A stretch of 64,000 bases of DNA from Dehalococcoidia bacterium (lineage in GTDB: Bacteria > Chloroflexota > Dehalococcoidia > Lucifugimonadales > UBA2962): assembly GCA_965207145.1 (NCBI GenBank), contig OZ242262.1, positions 2,411,947-2,475,946 of the forward strand. Reading direction: 5' to 3'. Below, in pieces: positions 19,057 through 26,329 of the stretch. Within the stretch, counting starts at the first letter, position 1. The number at the start of each line of letters is the position of its first letter. The position numbers and the translations under genes are program-made. The notes beneath the pieces were generated by a model. That model did not search any database and was not told where the DNA came from. It saw nothing but the letters and a program-made list of their open reading frames with translations.

Positions 19057-19455
19057 CTACATTGGCTTCTTGGGTCGCCTGTGGAACCTGCCATCGCTTG
19101 TGGTGTTGTGTCTGGGGTTAAGTCCGTGCCTCTTGCGGAACGAGGCAAGCTTGCCCCGCTCGACGCTTTCGGCGGACTTTCGGGATATGGGCTTGGTCTC
19201 CACGACCAGCCTGTCCCCGTGACCGAGTTTGCCGCTCTTGCGGTGTTCGGCCGAGCGGCGCCTGGGATTGTTAGTTGTGCCCACGTACTTGGTGTTGCCC
19301 CGGCGGTCCTTGATCGAATACTGGACCGCCTTCCCCGACCTGATGCGCCCCTTGCTTGGACCAGCGCCTCCACCCCCGGAATTCCGGCGAGCGCTCCCCC
19401 TTCCACCGGAATTGCGCCGGACACCACCACCCCTGTAGCCATAACCTCTAGCCAT
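19057..19455 (-). CDS. small GIY-YIG-domain protein with Arg/Gly-rich N-terminal tail and basic C-terminal tail
   Basis: AAGGAG lies 7 nt upstream of the ATG. The core AVQYSIKDRRGNTKYVGTTNNPRRRSAEH...ESVERGKL fits the GIY-x(9-11)-Y(I/V)G, Arg, Glu pattern. The N-terminus is MARGYGYRGGGVRRNSGGRGSARRNSGGGG. Confidence 0.6.
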   Translation of the reverse strand: MARGYGYRGGGVRRNSGGRGSARRNSGGGGAGPSKGRIRSGKAVQYSIKDRRGNTKYVGTTNNPRRRSAEHRKSGKLGHGDRLVVETKPISRKSAESVERGKLASFRKRHGLNPRHNTTSDGRFHRRPKKPM

Positions 19456-19637
19456 ATCCAGACTCCTTCCACCATTAAGAAAGGATTGCCGCGGCGGTGT
19501 AGCCCTAAGCAGACTCTAGGGGGCCGATACCGCAGCCTCCCGGGATTGCTGGCTAGGCCAGCTTTCCGATCAATGGCTTCGATCTCAATTACACCCTCGG
19601 CAGTCGAGTGGAGGCTAAAGCTGGAGTTACCGACCCT

Positions 19638-19965
19638 TCATCTGCGAATCAAGCGGGCCCAGACTCGCGCCTGCGAATCGCTTCCTTCTACGATCAGAAT
19701 GTTGGCCTTCGTCGCCCGACGGCGAACGTCGTCCAGGGCTGCGTACTCGGCTGAGCCGATGTACCCCCTTTGCCGCATTGAGGCTGTCGAACTCCAGGGT
19801 AACGAAGCGCTTCGGCATTCAGTCGCTCTGAATTGCCTCAGTGCTGCTGGTCCGAACGAGGATTCGTCCACCATGCGCAGCGACGGCCGCAGGGACCTTC
19901 CCGGCGAGCTCGGAGTACGCCTCGGTGTCGATGATTTCAGCGTCCATGACGAAGCAGCTCCTCAT
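19638..19965 (-). pseudogene. DUF1330 family pseudogene (in-frame TGA plus a +1 frameshift)
   Basis: Three ORF fragments align end to end with the intact DUF1330 protein at 55220..55507: MRSCFVMDAEIIDTEAYSELAGKVPAAVAAHGGRILVR...IQSD*MPKRFVTLEFDSLNAAKG(fs)YIGSAEYAALDDVRRRATKANILIVEG. The TGA at 19821..19819 sits where the paralogue has Trp (GDW). The frame shifts at a G5 run (19764-19768). Confidence 0.75.
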
Positions 19966-20085
19966 CCCCTCATTCCTTTTGATGTACGCCTGCACACTCC
20001 TAGCGCATGTAGTCTCGGCTGAGGGCAAAGAAGCTGAACTTGTGGCCCGACACTAGGGCAGGGCCCCGCATCAGCCAATCCCTCT

Positions 20086-20865
20086 TCACTCCTCCTTAAT
20101 CGGCCCGTCGTGGCGGATCGTCATTGAACAGACGCGCGGGATGAAAGGCTGATCGCCGACCCACCATCGGCGGTCCCAGACCGCCGCGGGAAACAGTTTC
20201 TTGCTGCGGTACTTAACGAGGTCTTTCCAGTCGGCATGGCATGCGAAGGGCACCTGATCCCTGCCCTCGCGCATCTCATCTGCCCCAAGGAATCCCAGGT
20301 AGACGAGCACCACGGGATAGCCGAGCTGCGTCAGCTTCCATGACCAGGCAAAGCGGTTGGCCATCTGATAGTAATGCTCATGTGACAGGGCCCAAGTGTG
20401 GCCTGTCCAGACGGACAGCGAGGAGTTCGCTTCCTTTATACACCGGGCGATTCGCTCAAGGTTGGCGGGCCCCGCCTTGACTCTGTCCTCCGTCTTGAGT
20501 TCTCCGGTGTGCGCCTTTGCCTCCACCAGGAGAAACCCCTTGCGCCCGTCGATAGTCAGGGTGCTGGCGATGTCCCACGTCGGCGTTCGAACGTTTCCCC
20601 CCGGGACCGCCAGCCACCATTTACGCAGAGCTTCACGTTCCTGAACAGGCGGGAGCAATCTCCAAGCCTTGTCCATCTGCGCTTCTTCCGCCTGGCAGAA
20701 TCCCTCCGGCATCCAAGAATCTTCTGCCGACACGAATCCCCACGGCTCGGCAAGCGCGCTGAGCCGACCGGCTACTTCTTCGGGTGCACCATGCGTCAAC
20801 CAGTGGCAGCGGGGCTTGCTGCCCTTTTGCTCATCCGGCCCCAGTTCTTTCAATAGCCTGTCCAT
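20086..20865 (-). CDS. hypothetical protein with a PD-(D/E)xK nuclease-like motif
   Basis: GGAGG lies 9 nt upstream of the ATG at 20865. The motif TWDIASTLTIDGRKGFLLVEAKAH fits D...(D/E)xK of the restriction-endonuclease-like fold. I do not recognise a specific family. Confidence 0.6.
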   Translation of the reverse strand: MDRLLKELGPDEQKGSKPRCHWLTHGAPEEVAGRLSALAEPWGFVSAEDSWMPEGFCQAEEAQMDKAWRLLPPVQEREALRKWWLAVPGGNVRTPTWDIASTLTIDGRKGFLLVEAKAHTGELKTEDRVKAGPANLERIARCIKEANSSLSVWTGHTWALSHEHYYQMANRFAWSWKLTQLGYPVVLVYLGFLGADEMREGRDQVPFACHADWKDLVKYRSKKLFPAAVWDRRWWVGDQPFIPRVCSMTIRHDGPIKEE

Positions 20866-20880
20866 TCAAAGTGACCTCCG

Positions 20881-21120
20881 TTACTGTGCGCTCTCGCGAA
20901 CCCCGCCACCTAGGCACGGCTCTCCTAGCAGCATTTGGGCGGGATGGGAATCTTGGCTAAGCAGCCCGATGTCCTCATCGTCCATCCGATCCACATCGCC
21001 ATTCGGCGGAGGTCCGCGCATAGGCAACGATCGAGCGCAAGTCGACGCAATGCAATCGGGTATCTGCGGGAGCCTCGAGAAATCTGCAGGCATGTTTCGA
21101 GAGGCGGCGTTGACAACCAC
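20881..21120 (-). CDS. possible small hypothetical protein
   Basis: 79-aa ORF ending 13 nt before the SD of the downstream gene. There is no recognisable domain and the start is unclear. Confidence 0.25.
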   Translation of the reverse strand: MVVNAASRNMPADFSRLPQIPDCIASTCARSLPMRGPPPNGDVDRMDDEDIGLLSQDSHPAQMLLGEPCLGGGVRESAQ

Positions 21121-21144
21121 CTCCGCCCTTGACTTCTCGCAACC

Positions 21145-21300
21145 CTAACCTCCCCTTATCCAGACACGGATGGCCGATGCCATCAAGGCTACCGACAGTC
21201 CCCACATGACGATGCCCAGCAAGACGTCCTCGCTCAGGTTCAGCAGGCCTATGTAGAAACACGTGCCGGCGAGCACGGCCAGAACGACCACCAGCCCCAC
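21145..21300 (-). CDS. small 2-TM membrane protein (51 aa), paralogue of 21386..21571
   Basis: The GTG at 21300 overlaps the preceding TAG (TAGTG). The translation is VGLVVVLAVLAGTCFYIGLLNLSEDVLLGIVMWGLSVALMASAIRVWIRGG. It shares FY.GL...VWG...R..I with the upstream small ORF. Confidence 0.5.
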   Translation of the reverse strand: MGLVVVLAVLAGTCFYIGLLNLSEDVLLGIVMWGLSVALMASAIRVWIRGG

Positions 21301-21389
21301 TAGGCGACTTCCAAGAGGACGACGCCCAGGAGTCCCAGCATGCAGAGTACGAGAAGGGCCGCGATGACAGAGTCGGTGAATCGACTCAC
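21300..21389 (-). CDS. possible 29-aa single-TM micro-ORF
   Basis: The GTG at 21389 overlaps the upstream TGA (GTGA). The translation is VSRFTDSVIAALLVLCMLGLLGVVLLEVA. It is too short to validate by sequence alone. Confidence 0.3.
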   Translation of the reverse strand: MSRFTDSVIAALLVLCMLGLLGVVLLEVA

Positions 21390-21571
21390 GGTCTGAGACC
21401 GATGCGCAGTAACCTGGCAACGACGATCAGCAAGACGCACACGGCTACCCCCCAGACGACATAGGCCAACGTCGCGCTCTTCTGAAGGCCAATGCCAAGG
21501 CCGAGGTAGAAGAGCACGGCCGCGACCAAGAGCAGGGTGACGGGGTGCAGCAATAGTCTCAGGAGGCGCAT
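21386..21571 (-). CDS. small 2-TM membrane protein (61 aa)
   Basis: The internal ATG of ORF 21386..21799 gives MRLLRLLLHPVTLLLVAAVLFYLGLGIGLQKSATLAYVVWGVAVCVLLIVVARLLRIGLRP. The ATG lies 10 nt before the stop of the acidic ORF, which suggests translational coupling. Confidence 0.5.
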   Translation of the reverse strand: MRLLRLLLHPVTLLLVAAVLFYLGLGIGLQKSATLAYVVWGVAVCVLLIVVARLLRIGLRP

Positions 21572-21888
21572 TGCAGGCGATCCGAGTTGGCCAGTAGCTT
21601 GCGGTTGCTGCCACTTAGGGCATCTTCGGCATGTTGCAATTCCTCGTCTAATTCCTGCTCGTCCTTCTTGCTTCCTTCCCCTAACAACCCCAGTTCCAAT
21701 CGACTCTTCTCCTCGTCTAGCTCGCTCACCCGCTCGTGATTGCGTTCTTCGTAGGACGCGCCCCGTCCCTGCATTGGCTTCGCCATGTCCAAGACGCATA
21801 GCGATCCGACAACGACCTTAAGGACATTTATCCGGGCCTCGGGAAAGCCATGCAGCTCTTTCGCATAGTTCCCTTGGTCGAAACGCAC
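21559..21888 (-). CDS. small acidic, probably coiled-coil protein
   Basis: ORF 109 aa, or 75 aa from the ATG at 21786. The sequence ...YEERNHERVSELDEEKSRLELGLLGEGSKKDEQELDEELQHAEDAL... uses A/T-rich codons (TTA, TTG, GAA) that are atypical for this genome. Confidence 0.45.
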   Translation of the reverse strand: MRFDQGNYAKELHGFPEARINVLKVVVGSLCVLDMAKPMQGRGASYEERNHERVSELDEEKSRLELGLLGEGSKKDEQELDEELQHAEDALSGSNRKLLANSDRLQCAS

Positions 21889-22050
21889 GAGACTGGCGTG
21901 TGTCTTGTTGAGGAAAAGCGAACTGCCCTGGCCGTAGTCCTCGAGATCGGCTTGCTCGCACGTTCCTCGCGTGCCCCTGAGCGGTCGTTCGGGGCTCGGA
22001 GTCTCCGCAGCCGATGAACGCGGCGCTTACCTGAGAGCAGGGCCGCTGGC

Positions 22051-23253
22051 CTAAATGCACTCTTGCGCTTCGTCATTTGCCCCTTCCTCTCTGTTCCATT
22101 CGTTTGACAGCCACACGGCCATGTCCCTGATGATGGCGACTATTGGGGGGCCAATGATGATTCCCCATATTCCGAAGTACTTGCCGGCGACCACGATGAT
22201 CACTGTCAGCCAAACGGGATGAATGCGAAGGGCGTTGCTCTGCACCCGCCCCTCGATGAACATGTTTGAAAACAGTTGTACGCCCACGTAGAACAAGGCC
22301 ACCCACAAAAGCTTCTCAGGGGCGACGGCAAGGGTGACAAGCAGGCCGAACAGAGCGCCTATCCATGGTCCTACGATGGGCACTAGCTGGGTGAGGCCCG
22401 CCGCAAGGCCAAGTACGAAGGCATAGGGCACTCCCATCAGCTTCAGGGACACGCCGATTATGAGACCGAGCGTAAGCTGGCCCCGAATGTAGCTGCCCAG
22501 CGTTCCGCCGGCGATGCCGAACAATTCCCTGACATAAGGCTTCAGGTCGGTTGGGAACGGAGCGAAGAGACCGTCTCTGATGCGCTCAGAGTCCTTCAGA
22601 AGTCCGTAAACCATCACGGGCGTAGCGGCCAGACCAAGGATGATGGAGAACGAACTGGCCAGAGTGCTAAACGTGCCCTTTACAAAATCCACAGCGACGT
22701 TGCCGATGAGGCCGCCGGCGCTGTCCAGAAACTCCTGTATCCGGTCCTTGACGTTCTCCGGAATCTGCTCCGTGTATCTGCCTATGAGGTCTTCCAGGCT
22801 TGCGCGGACCCTTGCAAAAAGATCGGGCAATTCCTGGGCGAACCGCTGGCTGTCTTCGACAATCGCCGGAATGAGCAGGGCCAGCGTTCCGGCTATGGCC
22901 GCTATGGCAATGGCGTAGATGATGCCGATGGCCAGCTTTCGGCTCAAAGCCGGGCGTCGCTCTCTCCAGGGCATAGCACGCTCGATGAGGCGAACGGGGC
23001 CGAGCAAGATGAAGGCGAGTACGACGCTCAGGCCAAGGGTGAGCAGGATCGTGCCCAGGAGATAGAGGATCAGCAGCGAGATTACGGCCGCCGCAACGGC
23101 GGCTACCAGCAAGCTTCGCCTGCGGTCTAGTGGCCAGCGCATTAGGCGAACCAAATCCCGCTTAGGTGATCCACTATCGTTAAGTTCAGAATCCGCCTGC
23201 CTTGTTTCCCCCCGACCTGAAGAGCAAACGACCTTGAGCGTGATCAAGCCCAA
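22051..23253 (-). CDS. AI-2E family transporter (PerM/UPF0118)
   Basis: About 8 TM segments. The characteristic C-terminal GLAAGLTQLVPIVGPWIGALFGLLVTLA is present. The start may be the ATG at 23142 (MRWPLDRRRSLLV). Confidence 0.85.
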   Translation of the reverse strand: MGLITLKVVCSSGRGETRQADSELNDSGSPKRDLVRLMRWPLDRRRSLLVAAVAAAVISLLILYLLGTILLTLGLSVVLAFILLGPVRLIERAMPWRERRPALSRKLAIGIIYAIAIAAIAGTLALLIPAIVEDSQRFAQELPDLFARVRASLEDLIGRYTEQIPENVKDRIQEFLDSAGGLIGNVAVDFVKGTFSTLASSFSIILGLAATPVMVYGLLKDSERIRDGLFAPFPTDLKPYVRELFGIAGGTLGSYIRGQLTLGLIIGVSLKLMGVPYAFVLGLAAGLTQLVPIVGPWIGALFGLLVTLAVAPEKLLWVALFYVGVQLFSNMFIEGRVQSNALRIHPVWLTVIIVVAGKYFGIWGIIIGPPIVAIIRDMAVWLSNEWNREEGANDEAQECI

Positions 23254-23267
23254 AGCCCTGAGGTGAA

Positions 23268-23339
23268 GGGGTCTCTGTCCCTGAGAGGTGAGTATTTACG
23301 ACATACGGGATTCTGATAACGAGTCGGGACAGAGACCCC
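23268..23339. repeat. perfect 14-bp inverted repeat (GGGGTCTCTGTCCC / GGGACAGAGACCCC) separated by 44 nt
   Basis: Read directly. 23268-23281 is the exact reverse complement of 23326-23339. It lies 15 nt upstream of the AI-2E transporter ORF start. Confidence 0.85.
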
Positions 23340-23969
23340 GGGGGAAATCAGACCTGATCGTTGATGTCACGCGCGATGTCTTCGCGGCACCTCGGCGTAG
23401 TCAACAATTCCAGCGCGTTGGCTACTGTCTCGTTGAACTGAATGTGCGTATCGAGCAAGTCGAGCATGATCCACCCTGGCGCTGAGTCCGGCGACCGGCA
23501 AGTTGACAGCATCGACCTTCGTCAAGAGGACCACAACATTCGTCTCAAGGCTGACGACCCTTGTCGCGAACTGTTAGGCATCCCCCTCGAGGTGGACCTC
23601 AACATCCGCTCAGATCCCCGAATCTCCTGCGGAAAAAGGCGGGTCGGACGGATGTCTTCAGATGGGACGTCACAATCACAAAGCTGATTACTCTCATAAC
23701 TGAGGATGGCGATTCTTCAATTGCCGGTGCCTGTCGCGCCCTGCAAACCAAGCCACGCGCGTCCGCTAACAGTCATGTCTCCTAGGTACTATCACACGGC
23801 AACATTTAACTACCGTGTAATTTAGGGCGAATCATTGTGTCAGTTTTGTTTCAATAGTCGTCTCCAGTTAGAATCGAGTCCTGCTGGCACCCCCAGGTAC
23901 TGAGAAGGAGGTGGGGAGATCGAGGTAACCGGCGGACCAGACTCGGAAGCCCTAGCGCAAGGGGACCGA

Positions 23970-26315
23970 TTGTCACGGCTATGCGAGGCCAGCCTGCGCA
24001 TCAACGAGAGTCTGGACGTGGACACAGTGCTGCAGGGGGTGCTGGACAGCGCCCGGTCACTGACTGGGGCCAGCTACGGGGCCTTCGTCCTGCTGGACGA
24101 CTCTGGGCGGATAGAGGACTTCCTTTCGTCAGGGCTTACCGCCGAGGAGGCCCAGGGGATGTGGGACCTGGCGGACGGGATGCGGTTCTTCGAGCTGCTC
24201 ACCATGACCGAGGGACCCCTCCGGCTGGCCGACATGCTGGGCCACATCAGGTGCCAGGGCCTTCCCGAGCTGCAGCCTCCCGTGGAGGTCGGCCCCTCGC
24301 TACCCCTCCTAGCAGCGCCGGTCCTTCATATGGGAAGGCGCGTCGGCCACATCTTCGTGGCAGAGAGAGATACGGGCGGGGAGTTTAGCCGGGAGGACGA
24401 GGAAACGCTGGTGATGTTCGCCTCCCAGGCAGCGCTGGTCATAGCCAACGCCCGGCGGCACCGGGACGAGCGGCGGGCCAGGGCCGACCTGGAGACGCTG
24501 ATGGACACCGCTCCGGTGGGCGTGGTGGTCTTCGACGTCGCCAGCGGGACGGTGAAATCGTTGAATAGGGAGGCGAGACGCATAGTTGGGGACCTGCTCA
24601 CTCCCGATGGGTCTGTGGAGCGTATGCTGAGCGTCCTCACCTTCAGGCGGGCCGACGGGCGGACGGTGTCATTGGAGGAACTCCCCTTGACCGAGGCGCT
24701 GAGCTCCGGAGAGACGGTGCGGGCTGAGGAGATCTCCGTCGAGCTGCCCGACGGGAGGTCGGTGACCACCCTGATCAACGCCACGGCCATCCGGTCGGAG
24801 GAGGGCGAAGTGGAGTCGGTCGTCGTCACCATGCAAGACCTGACACGCGTGGCGCAACTGGCGCGGCTGAGATCCGAGTTCCTAGGCATGGTCAGCCACG
24901 AGCTCCGCCTGCCGCTGACCTCCATCCGGGGCTCGGCCACAACCCTGCTGGACGAAGGCCCGGCCCTGGGTGCGGCCGAGATGCGCCAGTTCTTCCGGAT
25001 CATCGTCGACCAAGCCGACCAGATGCGGGGCATGATCAGCGACCTGCTGGACGTGGCGCGCATCGAGACTGGCACGTTGTCGATATCCCCGGAACCGTTG
25101 GATGTGGCCGTCCTGGTGGACGACGCCCGGAATAGCTTCGAGCGCGGCGGCGGCCGACACAGGTTAGACGTCACCTTCGAGCCCCAGCTGCCCCAGGCGA
25201 TGGCGGACCGGCAGCGCATAGTACAGGCATTGGGCAACCTACTGTCCAACGCGGCCAGGCATTCGGCTGAAGAATCGCCCATCGGGGTGAGTGCCCGGAG
25301 GCAGGGCGCGCACGTGGCGATCTCCGTGTCCGATAGAGGACAGGGAATCCCCGCCGAGGCGTTGCCCAACCTCTTTCGCAAGTTCACCCTCATCGACGGC
25401 TCCGAGAGAAGGCGCGACCCTGCGAGGTCGGGGCTTGGCCTGTCCATCTGCAAGGGGATCGTGGAGGCTCACGGCGGCCGCATCCGGGCCGAAAGCGAGG
25501 GGCCAGGCCAGGGCGCCTGCTTCACCTTCACCATTCCGGCAACGGAGCCAGCGTCGACCGAAGTCGCCGCATCCATCTCCCGCCGCGCGGCGCGACAACT
25601 GACGCGAGTCCTTGCAGTGGACGACGACCCCGAGGCTCTGCGGCAAATCCGCGAGGCTCTGGCGCGGACGGGCTACCACCCGGTGGTCACGGGCGACCCG
25701 GCGGAGGTACCCCGCCTGATGCAGGAGGAGCGTCCCCACCTGGTGCTGATGGACCTGATGCTGCCCGGTTGCGACGGCATCGGCCTGATGCGGGAAGTCC
25801 TGGCATCAACCGACGTGCCAGTGATCTTCGTCTCCGCCTACGGGCAGGAAGAGCTGGTGATCAAGGCGTTGGACATGGGGGCCGTCGACTATGTGGTCAA
25901 GCCCTTCTCCCCCTCTGAGCTGTCGGCGAGGATAAGGGCGGCGATGCGCCAACGGGCCGGGTTGGGACGGGCGGCTCAGCCGAGGCCCTATCTGCTGGGA
26001 GATCTGAGCATTGACTACGCCGAACGCCGGGTTGCTCTCGCTGGACGTAAGGTAGACGTCACCGCAACCGAGTACGCAGTGCTCTACGAACTCTCGGCCC
26101 ATGCGGGAATGGTGCTGACACACGACCAGCTGCTGCTGCGGGTCTGGGGCATGAGCCACTCCGGAGATACGGGGCTGGTCCGCACCATAGTGACCCGGTT
26201 GCGAGGCAAACTGGGCGACAAAGCGGGCCATCCCCGCTACATCTTCACCGAGCCCCGCGTCGGCTATCGCATGCCTCGGGGGGAAGTGGTGGCGAATGAG
26301 GGCGCATCTCTCTGA
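23970..26315 (+). CDS. single-polypeptide two-component system: GAF-PAS-HisKA-HATPase sensor kinase fused to a complete OmpR-type response regulator (REC + winged helix)
   Basis: 781 aa with no TM segments. It contains a GAF-like N-terminus, PAS (APVGVVVFDVASGTVKSLN), the H-box MVSHELRLPLTSI, the N-box NLLSNAARH, G-boxes DRGQGIP and GLGLSICKGIVEAHGG, REC (VLAVDDD, LVLMDLMLPGCDG, VKPF), and wHTH (TATEYAVLYELS...RVGYRM). The start is either the TTG at 23970 or an upstream in-frame ATC at 23919 behind AAGGAGGTG. Confidence 0.88.
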   Translation: MSRLCEASLRINESLDVDTVLQGVLDSARSLTGASYGAFVLLDDSGRIEDFLSSGLTAEEAQGMWDLADGMRFFELLTMTEGPLRLADMLGHIRCQGLPELQPPVEVGPSLPLLAAPVLHMGRRVGHIFVAERDTGGEFSREDEETLVMFASQAALVIANARRHRDERRARADLETLMDTAPVGVVVFDVASGTVKSLNREARRIVGDLLTPDGSVERMLSVLTFRRADGRTVSLEELPLTEALSSGETVRAEEISVELPDGRSVTTLINATAIRSEEGEVESVVVTMQDLTRVAQLARLRSEFLGMVSHELRLPLTSIRGSATTLLDEGPALGAAEMRQFFRIIVDQADQMRGMISDLLDVARIETGTLSISPEPLDVAVLVDDARNSFERGGGRHRLDVTFEPQLPQAMADRQRIVQALGNLLSNAARHSAEESPIGVSARRQGAHVAISVSDRGQGIPAEALPNLFRKFTLIDGSERRRDPARSGLGLSICKGIVEAHGGRIRAESEGPGQGACFTFTIPATEPASTEVAASISRRAARQLTRVLAVDDDPEALRQIREALARTGYHPVVTGDPAEVPRLMQEERPHLVLMDLMLPGCDGIGLMREVLASTDVPVIFVSAYGQEELVIKALDMGAVDYVVKPFSPSELSARIRAAMRQRAGLGRAAQPRPYLLGDLSIDYAERRVALAGRKVDVTATEYAVLYELSAHAGMVLTHDQLLLRVWGMSHSGDTGLVRTIVTRLRGKLGDKAGHPRYIFTEPRVGYRMPRGEVVANEGASL

Positions 26316-26329
26316 CCCGCATGAGTTCC

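Noticed and set aside
19819-19821. An in-frame TGA aligned with Trp could indicate TGA-to-Trp recoding (genetic code 4).
   Set aside because: TGA terminates many well-supported genes in this window at the expected protein C-termini. The same gene also carries a frameshift, so pseudogenisation is the simpler explanation.
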